From a virus (Duplodnaviria > Caudoviricetes): a DNA stretch of 53,943 bases. The translations under genes and the position numbers were made by a program. Of this stretch, positions 16,891-25,496 are shown piece after piece. Location: positions 1 through 53,943 of the IMG/VR virus record IMGVR_UViG_3300035670_000275, one strand, 5' to 3'. Each line of letters begins with the position of its first letter. Position 1 is the first letter of the stretch. Below the pieces are notes generated by a model. It was not told the DNA's origin, made no database searches, and saw nothing but the letters and a program-made list of their open reading frames with translations.

Positions 16891-18799
16891 TTCTCTGCCT
16901 TATAAAATTTTCATAAAAATTAAGTATCCTATACCCTGTATCAAAGTTCTTAGATTTTGATGTTTCTATATCTGAAATATTTAGTAAGTAAGAATCTACA
17001 TAATCTTTGGAAACAACCATCCCCAAATCATCACACGTTTTTAATAAAAGATCAATATAATGGTCGTGAAATGTGAAAATGCAAGTTCTTAAAAGATATG
17101 TTACTTCTACAACCTCATCCGTGTATGGTAGTTTATAATATTTAAACTCCGATATATGTTTTTGTCTTCCGTGAACAATGTCACTTATCTCAGCTACTAA
17201 TTCGCGCATGGCATATACATATTCGTTATTTTCAACTTCCAATATATTTTTATAAAGTTGTTTAAAAAAACAGGATGGCTTTTCTATATTACCGAGTTTA
17301 ATATTCTCGTCAATAAGTTGTGGTAATTTAAAAATATATTCACCGTCTCGATCAGTTGCTTCTTTTTTAGTTTTTATCCAACTTTGTATTACCCAATGAT
17401 TCATAAACATAAACTCAACATAATCATCTTTCGTGTAACCATCAGCTTTAACCACAATTTCAACATCTGATTTATATAATGGGTCTTCTGTTATATGATA
17501 TCTTTTAGTTCTGTCATAATCGTCAAACTGTTGGCTGCCTAAAGATCTAGATTTACTAACAGATAATCTAATAGTTTCTATGTTAAATTTTTTCTTGTAT
17601 TCTGGATCGTATGCTGGAGAGTCTGGGAGTAGCATCCACATGTATCGTTCTAATGTATAACCGTGATCGTATTGAACGTCAACTTCATCATAAAATAGTT
17701 CTCTGGTGTGTCCAGGCAATCCCATAATAAATTCTAAGTCTGCTCTAACCTGATATTGTTTGTAAAGATATTTTGCATATTCAATATCAGAGTCCATTGG
17801 GACATTTTTACGTTTGATGTTAGCTAATACAGTTTCGTCTAAGGATTGCAAACTTATTTTGTATCTCTCAGTTAAGCCAGATCTCGCTAGAGGTTCAAAC
17901 GTCTTCCATTTCTTTTCTGGCGATGATTTAGTCATTCCATATATTTCAACGTATGTTGGTAAATCAAAAATATTTTTCATGTTTTCCAAATACTCTGTTA
18001 CCTCAGCATCTTCTTTATAGATGCCAAGATTAGCGTCTAATATTTGAACATAGTTGATACCAAACAATGGAATTTGATCTAAATCTTCATATACTAGCTC
18101 TTGAGGTTTACGGATAACTTTTCCACCGATGCCTCCACCCCATTCACAGAACACACATTCATATGGGCAACCTCTAGTGAGTTCTAATGGTAGGGTTAAT
18201 CCTAAGTTGTTTTTATCCGCTATTTCTTTACATTTAAAAACAATATCTTCGTTACCTTTAATAATACCACCTGGAAATTTAAACTCGCGTTTGTTTGGAG
18301 TTTTACCGCGACCTGTTCTATATACAGAAAACGATACTTCTTTCCAGTTGATCTTATCACCCTCAACCATCTGGTCAAGCATATCATTTATAAACATTTC
18401 CCCATAACTTGTTGGGTCGCAAATAGCGTCTACGAATCTATGTTTAAAAAACCAATCAATATTATTATGCGTGACGTTTAAATGTGGACCACCAAGAATA
18501 ATAATTCTATTTGGGTTACTTTTCTTTAAATCTTCCGCCAAGGACATGACAGCTATATGATTCCATAAGAAACAAGAAAACGCATAAACATCAGCGTTTT
18601 GATTTTCATAATATTCTAAAATATCATTATAACGCATGTTATCTATATCAAGTAACGGTTCCATCCAAGTTACATTATTTGGATATTTACCATTCTTTGT
18701 ATAATAATTTTTAAAACCAAGCCAATGCACTGGAATGCGCACAACTTCAGTTTTTAAATCTATATTAAGATATGATATTTTGACTTGCTTTGTTGCCAT
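16865..18799 (-). CDS. Cobalamin-binding radical SAM enzyme
   Basis: B12-binding-like segment DVYAFSCFLWN...LKKSNPNRIIILGGPH. Radical SAM motif ELTRGCPYECVFCEWG. Also DANLG, ISLQSLDETVLANIKRKN and FIMGLPGHT motifs. Confidence 0.88.
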   Translation of the reverse strand: MATKQVKISYLNIDLKTEVVRIPVHWLGFKNYYTKNGKYPNNVTWMEPLLDIDNMRYNDILEYYENQNADVYAFSCFLWNHIAVMSLAEDLKKSNPNRIIILGGPHLNVTHNNIDWFFKHRFVDAICDPTSYGEMFINDMLDQMVEGDKINWKEVSFSVYRTGRGKTPNKREFKFPGGIIKGNEDIVFKCKEIADKNNLGLTLPLELTRGCPYECVFCEWGGGIGGKVIRKPQELVYEDLDQIPLFGINYVQILDANLGIYKEDAEVTEYLENMKNIFDLPTYVEIYGMTKSSPEKKWKTFEPLARSGLTERYKISLQSLDETVLANIKRKNVPMDSDIEYAKYLYKQYQVRADLEFIMGLPGHTRELFYDEVDVQYDHGYTLERYMWMLLPDSPAYDPEYKKKFNIETIRLSVSKSRSLGSQQFDDYDRTKRYHITEDPLYKSDVEIVVKADGYTKDDYVEFMFMNHWVIQSWIKTKKEATDRDGEYIFKLPQLIDENIKLGNIEKPSCFFKQLYKNILEVENNEYVYAMRELVAEISDIVHGRQKHISEFKYYKLPYTDEVVEVTYLLRTCIFTFHDHYIDLLLKTCDDLGMVVSKDYVDSYLLNISDIETSKSKNFDTGYRILNFYENFIRQRNAKSIEIG

Positions 18800-19817
18800 T
18801 AATAGCCTCGATATAATCTACTTCACTGTTTATTTTCATAATTTGCGAAGAAAGTTTTTTCATTCTAACGCAATGTTCTTCAACCATGTTATTGGTTTTT
18901 AAGTCTTTTATAGTTTTCTTACACCCATTGCATATATTAAACATTTCACACCCAATACATTCTTCTTTCATTGAGTAGAGTTCAACTGCGTTTTGTAATG
19001 GAGTTTCGAACCCACCCTGTTTTACTTCTTTTACAAAGTTGATTGGGTATTCTTTATCATCTCCCATTGCACCGCATGAATAATAATCACCTTCTGGGTT
19101 TAATGCACGGATATGGTCATCACAATCTCTTGCTTGTGGGCAAATATTAGAAATATTTTTTAACCGAGTCATCATCTGCTTGGTATTAAACTCCCAAGGA
19201 TACAACCCTCTATTATATATCTCCACATATGTCTCGTATATTTTACTTAACAGATATGGTTTATCTAACTCACCAGAAGCCATAGCATAGTTCAATTTAC
19301 ACTGAACGTCCATTTTCTTTGCCAGTTCAACGTGTTTAATTGCATGCCTCTCGTTTTCCTCGGATATAACAGCAATAAACCCTGGTCGGTAACCAACACG
19401 TTCTAGGAATAAATCACTAACTGCCCAAAAATCTTTTTCGGTGTAAACCCTTCCGTTTGTTATTAATCTACCAAGCCCATACTGAAAACTTGTAGTCACA
19501 CCAACTCTTGGGTGTTTAAATAATGGAGTCCATAGGTCTGGCTTTTTGTAGAATGCCCAAAGATTTGTTGTAAAACCTATTGTTGTCTTTAGATTATGTT
19601 CATCTAGATAATCAATAATCTTCCAGTAATAATCTGGCTTCATCATCAATGGGTCACCACCATTGACAATAATAGTATTTGTGTTTGGGAATCTTGTGAG
19701 AAAGTCGAAGATATATTGGTGGTCTAATGTAGACGCTTTATCTTCGACTAACTTAGTTGATGAACAGAACGTGCATTTAAAATTACACAGTTCCGTCGGT
19801 TTGATTATCAGTTCCAT
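18765..19817 (-). CDS. Radical SAM/SPASM-domain enzyme
   Basis: IIKPTELCNFKCTFC (CxxxCxxC), NGGDPL, TTNL. C-terminal Cys set ICP...C...YSCG...CIGCEMFNICNGC...HC. Confidence 0.9.
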   Translation of the reverse strand: MELIIKPTELCNFKCTFCSSTKLVEDKASTLDHQYIFDFLTRFPNTNTIIVNGGDPLMMKPDYYWKIIDYLDEHNLKTTIGFTTNLWAFYKKPDLWTPLFKHPRVGVTTSFQYGLGRLITNGRVYTEKDFWAVSDLFLERVGYRPGFIAVISEENERHAIKHVELAKKMDVQCKLNYAMASGELDKPYLLSKIYETYVEIYNRGLYPWEFNTKQMMTRLKNISNICPQARDCDDHIRALNPEGDYYSCGAMGDDKEYPINFVKEVKQGGFETPLQNAVELYSMKEECIGCEMFNICNGCKKTIKDLKTNNMVEEHCVRMKKLSSQIMKINSEVDYIEAINGNKASQNIIS

Positions 19818-20751
19818 AATTTATCTTAAAAGTTTCCAACCAAGTGGAGTTGTCAATATTAATATACAAATCTCTAATTAAAAGAGGGTTAATGGAATCA
19901 TAGTTTTTTGGTGTTGGAAAACCTTGAGATATTTGTTTGGCTATTTTCTTTGAAGTATCTTTATTCAAAAGAAAATTCTTCAAAGACTCTCTACTAGTAT
20001 TATCTGGAATTGTAATGACGTTGGTTATTTCATCATTTTTACGAGATATAAATGTCAAAGAAGAAACCTGATTTATTTCTGAAAAAGGATTATCTGAATC
20101 TAATATATTATTTACATTATCTTTCAAATACTGTTCATCCTGAAACTTATCAGTTATATCACCATCAATAAACAATGGTAACAGATTCCATGCTTCCACT
20201 TCAGATAAATGATTTTTCTTAGTTGGTTTAAAAAACTTAGTAAAGCGATCTAAACAATAATCTAAGAAACTATCATCGCCTAAGAAATAATTAACAATAG
20301 CAAGTTCAATTCTAACTTCGCATGTTTTAGCAAATTCAGAAAAAGTTGTTGTTAGTTTTAATTTCTCTGGTAACTTATATTCTTTAAAAAGAAAAATGCT
20401 GTTATCTAAAACTGGAGTAATTCTAAAATTATGTTTATCTCTGTCGTAATCATATAACTTTTGCAAACCTTCTTTGCTTAGCAAAGCACCAAAGAAATAT
20501 GAATATATCTTTTGAAAACTCACATCATCCGCATAAATTATAACTTTCTGACCAGCAAGGTTCTCGTGAATATCAATAAACAGTTGTTCAATTTTTGCAG
20601 GGGTGATTGAAGAGAAGTTTTTGTACACATCAAAAGAAAATTGGAAAAAAGATTCCTCAGAGTAATCAAAATCTCCAACCCATACATGTTTAGAAACTTC
20701 ATCAATAGTTTCAGGAATAGCTAAAAAACAATTATCGAAAAGATAAATCAT
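19783..20751 (-). CDS. Hypothetical protein of the radical SAM cassette
   Basis: 322-aa ORF overlapping both neighbours. Its N-terminal half resembles 20748-21620. Confidence 0.7.
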   Translation of the reverse strand: MIYLFDNCFLAIPETIDEVSKHVWVGDFDYSEESFFQFSFDVYKNFSSITPAKIEQLFIDIHENLAGQKVIIYADDVSFQKIYSYFFGALLSKEGLQKLYDYDRDKHNFRITPVLDNSIFLFKEYKLPEKLKLTTTFSEFAKTCEVRIELAIVNYFLGDDSFLDYCLDRFTKFFKPTKKNHLSEVEAWNLLPLFIDGDITDKFQDEQYLKDNVNNILDSDNPFSEINQVSSLTFISRKNDEITNVITIPDNTSRESLKNFLLNKDTSKKIAKQISQGFPTPKNYDSINPLLIRDLYINIDNSTWLETFKINYGTDNQTDGTV

Positions 20752-21620
20752 GCTAATATCTCCAAATAATCGACAACCGTTTTATCTAAACCCATCCCCC
20801 ATTTTATGATTAATGGGTCATATTTGTCTTTATATGTTAGCGGTGTAAACAATAATAAGAAACCAGGATTGTCAATTAGTATGTTTACGTTTTTAGTTTT
20901 ATAATAATTGTATATCATTGGGTCTGCTGGGATATAAACATCTTTTCTTAAATGTAGATACAACTCAGCCATATTTTCTATTGTATTTTTATTATAGAAT
21001 TTATTATCTGTCACCCATCCAGTATAACCTTCAGCTACAATATGTTTCATTCTACCGAAATTAAAATACTCATATACATAAGAATCAACAACTGATCTAA
21101 TTTGAGAATAATCTTTTTTGACTATTCTCCATTCAATACCAGAATGTTTTTTAACCCACTGTTTGTCAATGTCAAAACCTTTTAAATCCGATGGCATGGT
21201 TTTAACTTGCTGAAAAGCATTAATAAAACCTCTGATGATTTCTTTGACACCTTCGTGTTTTAGAGTGTTGTATTTTATGATTAATTTAGCTGCAGCAAGC
21301 CTCATTAGCTGAATATAATATTTTTCATTAATATTACTGACTTGAGTTTTAATAAACCTAGAATAGATATTTACCATGTGTTCTGGGTCAGCGTATATCA
21401 CAAACTTCTCTTTATTATTTAGAGAAGGGAAGAATAAATCATCGTTGATAAACTTTTCAGAAGTCTCATATCTGCCGATTAACTCAGCATGTTCTTTATT
21501 TGAATTATAAAAACATGTACCACCATAAGAATGGTAATTTGAACCAACTACTACAAAATTTGAAGAAGGTTCAAATAAAACATCAGGTGATAGGTAGCAT
21601 GAATTAAACAGATGAAACAT
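20748..21620 (-). CDS. Hypothetical protein of the radical SAM cassette
   Basis: 290-aa ORF. MFHLFNSCYL and KFVIYAD match MIYLFDNCFL and KVIIYAD in the next gene. Confidence 0.7.
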   Translation of the reverse strand: MFHLFNSCYLSPDVLFEPSSNFVVVGSNYHSYGGTCFYNSNKEHAELIGRYETSEKFINDDLFFPSLNNKEKFVIYADPEHMVNIYSRFIKTQVSNINEKYYIQLMRLAAAKLIIKYNTLKHEGVKEIIRGFINAFQQVKTMPSDLKGFDIDKQWVKKHSGIEWRIVKKDYSQIRSVVDSYVYEYFNFGRMKHIVAEGYTGWVTDNKFYNKNTIENMAELYLHLRKDVYIPADPMIYNYYKTKNVNILIDNPGFLLLFTPLTYKDKYDPLIIKWGMGLDKTVVDYLEILA

Positions 21621-22362
21621 TAGATGCCTCTTTTTCTAAATCTGACAGTTGGTATGGAGTCAAAAACTCATCCAATATAAGATCTAAGATTGGGAAAATT
21701 AAACAATCATTATTTAAGTAGTTTAACAAAATGTTACCAGAATAAATTGGTTTATCATAGTAGTATTCATAATATAATAAATCATCAAAATTTGGAATTG
21801 ATGCTAAGTAATTCTCGTTAAACACTGGGTCTTGAAATAGATTAACCCAAGTCTTACCAACTGCAGTTGATTCTTTAACAATATTCGGAGTTATGTAATC
21901 ACCCAATTCTTGCTTATAACGGTTAATGTTCTTAATGGCATATAGAATAACCCCATCAATAATACCTTCAAGATCTTTAAAAAGCTGAACATCTTTTTGA
22001 ATCAATAGATCAATTTCATTATCTTTGATAATCTGATCGGAGAAGAATACACCTTCAGTTTCGTTCACTAACTCTAAATCATACATTTTGATTCTGAAAA
22101 GAATCTTGATAATGCTTCTTCTAAACTGAACGAGATCTAATGTTGTCTGACTCTTAATATACTCAATTAAAAGTTCACACCTTTCTTCAAATGAAACACC
22201 TTCTAGATTAATTTGAAAATCTAATTTTTTCAAATTACTCAAATACAGTAAAAAGTGCTTCCCTTTTAGTTTACTATTTTTATAATCTATTTCAATGATA
22301 TAATGATTTTCATCCGTGATGAATCTCTTTAATGTATCAACGTCAAATGGTATAGCGTGCAT
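21604..22362 (-). CDS. Hypothetical protein of the radical SAM cassette
   Basis: True start is probably ATG at 22362 (MHAIPFDVDTLKRF...), giving a TAATG overlap with the upstream stop. 252 aa. Confidence 0.7.
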   Translation of the reverse strand: MHAIPFDVDTLKRFITDENHYIIEIDYKNSKLKGKHFLLYLSNLKKLDFQINLEGVSFEERCELLIEYIKSQTTLDLVQFRRSIIKILFRIKMYDLELVNETEGVFFSDQIIKDNEIDLLIQKDVQLFKDLEGIIDGVILYAIKNINRYKQELGDYITPNIVKESTAVGKTWVNLFQDPVFNENYLASIPNFDDLLYYEYYYDKPIYSGNILLNYLNNDCLIFPILDLILDEFLTPYQLSDLEKEASNVSSV

Positions 22363-22946
22363 TAAATGCTCCCATGGCAAGAAGAATGACAAGAAGAATG
22401 GCAATAACGCTCTTGAAAATCCAAAGTAGCATTTCTATTGGTGGAGATTGCTGTGGATAAAGCTGCAACGAAAGCATCTAGGTCTGCAGCAGATATGGTA
22501 TTATTACCTGAAATTGTTGGAGCGGTCACAGCATTCATAGATACTGAATATGTCGCTTGTTTTAGATTTGTCACGTTTGTTGTATCATAGAATGGCGTTG
22601 TAGCAATAGTTCCGTTTGTATTAAAAAACTTTCTTAGCCTAGCTTTTCTGACCTTTGACAGAGTGACAGCATATGCTCTGAATTGAGTTATAATGGTAGA
22701 AGCTGTGACGTTTGTGTCAGTAATAGCAGCTGCAAAATCTGTTGTTAAACCAGTGGCAGTACCTTCTACTGGGAATGTTCCTGTGACATTCCCATAGTTG
22801 TTCCAATAATAAGTCCTACCAGTTTGTGCGTTTTGGAATGGGTGAGTTGTTGTTGACCATACAATTCCAGCATTGTATGTGTCCCTAATACTGTCCATCT
22901 GAGCAGTAATAGATGCCTTTGTAATATCACTTCCAGCTGTTGTCAT
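22362..22946 (-). CDS. Thr/Ala-rich structural-like protein with C-terminal Cys/His repeat; candidate modification substrate
   Basis: 194 aa. All three Cys lie in the terminal YCHSSCHSSCHGSI. ATGA overlap with the upstream rSAM gene. Confidence 0.7.
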   Translation of the reverse strand: MTTAGSDITKASITAQMDSIRDTYNAGIVWSTTTHPFQNAQTGRTYYWNNYGNVTGTFPVEGTATGLTTDFAAAITDTNVTASTIITQFRAYAVTLSKVRKARLRKFFNTNGTIATTPFYDTTNVTNLKQATYSVSMNAVTAPTISGNNTISAADLDAFVAALSTAISTNRNATLDFQERYCHSSCHSSCHGSI

Positions 22947-24007
22947 TTGTTAACCTTTATATACCTTAGTAATTTTTTAGGAGACGGGCAAATATCACCT
23001 TGCCATTCTAGTTGATGGCAATCGCTATTACAATTCTCAAAAACATCACATTCAAAACACCTATGATCCCTTGCTATCTCGCAACTTATATTATTTAGTC
23101 TTTTCGGTGAAGTTAATAATTTACTAATATCCATTGAGATATCGCCGAAGGAGTTATCTACTGCAGAGTTGGGGCAACCAGAGATGCTACCATCCGCATT
23201 AATTGTAAAGATCTTCTGTTCGCAATCCCTACATCTTATGCCACCATGAACCCCATACAGGCTTGCTTCTTTGATATTATTTATTAAAACGTCGTTATAT
23301 TCTGGTTTAATAGTCTCATACAACTTATATAAGTTGAAGAGCCATTCAGAAACTTCAGCGTTTGTTGGAAATATCTCTGTATTTTTTATAGCATTCCCAC
23401 CAGCAGTTAGACGTTCAAATTGTACATGATTAACCCCTAGAGTATTCAACCACTCCACTAGTTCTAGTTGGTTCATTTCTATGATATTTCTATTTAAAGA
23501 TATATTCAATGTTATATTACAACCTTCTCCAACTAACGTGGCCAGATTTTTCCTCCACAACGATTCTTGTTTTTGATTTTCAAATCTAATATCTTTGTCC
23601 CAACTTGTACAGAAACCATTCTTTAGGACTGTTTTGAAGAAACTAATGTGTTCATCAGTTAGAGTATAAACGAGGTTAGTTGAACACGACCACGATATAT
23701 TTTTCCAAAGCGGGGATACTCTTTCCCAAACATATATCATATCTTCAATTGGAGCAAGGAATGGTTCTCCACCGTGAAATATTATTGAACCACCCTGAAA
23801 AGATGGAAAATCCTCATAAAGTCTGTGAAACCACTCCACAGTTTTATGAGGATCGAAATATATCTTCTTACCGTTAATTCCGTTTGTAAAGCAGTGCTTA
23901 CAATTTAACTGACATGTTTCAGTTGTTTTAAGATAAACTACTAATTCTTTTGGTGCAAAACTGGAAGATAATTTATTTTTGTAAAAAAATACTGGTGATT
24001 CTTTCAT
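22943..24007 (-). CDS. Radical SAM/SPASM-domain enzyme
   Basis: YLKTTETCQLNCKHC, FHGGEPFL, STNL. SPASM-like CRDC...TINADGSISGCPN...CFECDVFENCNSDC...ICP. Confidence 0.92.
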   Translation of the reverse strand: MKESPVFFYKNKLSSSFAPKELVVYLKTTETCQLNCKHCFTNGINGKKIYFDPHKTVEWFHRLYEDFPSFQGGSIIFHGGEPFLAPIEDMIYVWERVSPLWKNISWSCSTNLVYTLTDEHISFFKTVLKNGFCTSWDKDIRFENQKQESLWRKNLATLVGEGCNITLNISLNRNIIEMNQLELVEWLNTLGVNHVQFERLTAGGNAIKNTEIFPTNAEVSEWLFNLYKLYETIKPEYNDVLINNIKEASLYGVHGGIRCRDCEQKIFTINADGSISGCPNSAVDNSFGDISMDISKLLTSPKRLNNISCEIARDHRCFECDVFENCNSDCHQLEWQGDICPSPKKLLRYIKVNK

Positions 24008-24028
24008 AATATAGTTTTTTCATAACAA

Positions 24029-25246
24029 TTAAAGAATAACGCACTCTACAAGTTTTAAACCTTCTTTCAAGTTTGTCTCAAGAGCAATACCAAAAGAGTT
24101 AGTTGTATCTCCAGCGATACCATGACCGCCATCATCGCAAATTAATGGTTGACCCTTTCTAATTGGTCCAACAACTTTAACTGGCACACGACCACGCAAT
24201 GCGATAGCTTGACCATCAGCTTCATCGTTCATAATGAATGCTGGGTTTGTAGAAACAACACCTAGGACACGTTGGTTCGTTGTGTGGCTGAGAGTAGCTT
24301 CTGCTGCAGTATCATCAGTTGATACCACAACTACTGTTCCAGGAGAATACTCATTATCTGTTGTATATTTTTCTGCCAAGTCAGCGTATCTAGCAGAAGT
24401 TGAAGTACCATATATTACAGCAAATCTATTAGTTGATTGACCAATATCGCCAGTACCATTAGTTCCAGATTTTTGAATAGATGAAACAGTTGGGTTTGTA
24501 ACAAGAGCAATTGTTGGGTTTCCAGCAGTACCATCAGCGTTTGTTATTGTGATGGAGTTGCCAGCTGCAACCGAGCGAACTGCTACTGTGTTATCAGTTT
24601 TTCTAACAACAATACCGTTGCCAGAAGAACCAGAAACGTTGGCTAGAATAGCGGAATATGCTTGGATGTCTGTACCAATTCTTAGACCTAATTTATCCCT
24701 AGCATCAAACGCTGTTGAAGCACCAGTACCACCATCAGCAATTGCTAAATCAGTAATACCCGTGATTGAACCGCCAGTAATATCAACTAAATCTGATTGC
24801 TGTGTTGAAATAGTACCAAGACCAAGGTTTGTTCTTGCGTTAGACGCTGTTACCGCACCAGTGCCACCGTGTTCAATTTGAACAACACCGTTAACGTTAG
24901 AAGCGTTACCAGTAACAGTTCCTGTTAAGTTACCAACAACGTTACCTAGAACATCACCAATGTGTTGTCCGTAAAATCTAACTGAATATAAATCGCCGAG
25001 ACCATCTCTAACAGCTACTGTGTCTGGCAAAGAATTGATACTTGGGTAATTGCCATGAACTTTATCTGCATCTAATGTAGAACCGCTGCCTCCGTGACCA
25101 TCTAATAGTTGAAGAATATTGGTGAAGTTGAATGCGACTGAATCTAGTTTTGTTCCAACTTCTCTATTGATATTATCGAAGTTTTGATCAACTTCTTCAA
25201 TTGTTAGTGGGCGTTCTTTATCAAGTCTTAAGTTAATAGCTGCCAT
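24029..25246 (-). CDS. Tail fibre/spike protein with C-terminal autoproteolytic chaperone (peptidase G2/IMC-like)
   Basis: LDADKVHG and GGTGA..A..AR.NLGL fibre repeats. [11 protein letters not shown]...PGTVVV...[14 protein letters not shown]...[18 protein letters not shown]. Confidence 0.82.
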   Translation of the reverse strand: MAAINLRLDKERPLTIEEVDQNFDNINREVGTKLDSVAFNFTNILQLLDGHGGSGSTLDADKVHGNYPSINSLPDTVAVRDGLGDLYSVRFYGQHIGDVLGNVVGNLTGTVTGNASNVNGVVQIEHGGTGAVTASNARTNLGLGTISTQQSDLVDITGGSITGITDLAIADGGTGASTAFDARDKLGLRIGTDIQAYSAILANVSGSSGNGIVVRKTDNTVAVRSVAAGNSITITNADGTAGNPTIALVTNPTVSSIQKSGTNGTGDIGQSTNRFAVIYGTSTSARYADLAEKYTTDNEYSPGTVVVVSTDDTAAEATLSHTTNQRVLGVVSTNPAFIMNDEADGQAIALRGRVPVKVVGPIRKGQPLICDDGGHGIAGDTTNSFGIALETNLKEGLKLVECVIL

Positions 25247-25496
25247 TGCTTGCCTTTTCCAATATTTGTTTTAGCATTGATTTAATACTATGTACATCAT
25301 CTTTGATACTATTTATTTCATTTTGTATAGAGGTAATAGCATCTGAATTACTTCTATTAATTTCAGCACCACGTCTAATCATCTGTTTACTTTTTAGATA
25401 GGATTTATACGTGGTGCTGTCAGTGTTAACGACACCACCGTTGGCGGTGTCCTTCATAAGGTTTGAATATCCTTCAACTTTTGTCAAATTCATCAT
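25233..25496 (-). CDS. Small coiled-coil protein following the large structural protein
   Basis: [19 protein letters not shown] followed by the heptad [20 protein letters not shown]. Overlaps both neighbours. Confidence 0.65.
   Translation of the reverse strand: MMNLTKVEGYSNLMKDTANGGVVNTDSTTYKSYLKSKQMIRRGAEINRSNSDAITSIQNEINSIKDDVHSIKSMLKQILEKASNGSY

Noticed and set aside
22363-22404. N-terminal extension MPFFLSFFLPWEHL on the 266-aa ORF
   Set aside because: It is the alternative frame of the CHSS repeat. The ATG at 22362 gives a clean TAATG coupling.
22365-22405. Canonical c-type cytochrome haem-binding motif
   Set aside because: Spacing is CxxxCH rather than CxxCH, and there is no signal peptide. 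Kept only as a minor alternative.
15474-24007. Interpretation as a DNA-modification or queuosine/7-deazaguanine pathway
   Set aside because: No QueC, QueD, FolE or DpdA-like motifs were seen. The rSAMs carry SPASM or B12 domains and sit in a late structural operon. Judged less likely, not excluded.
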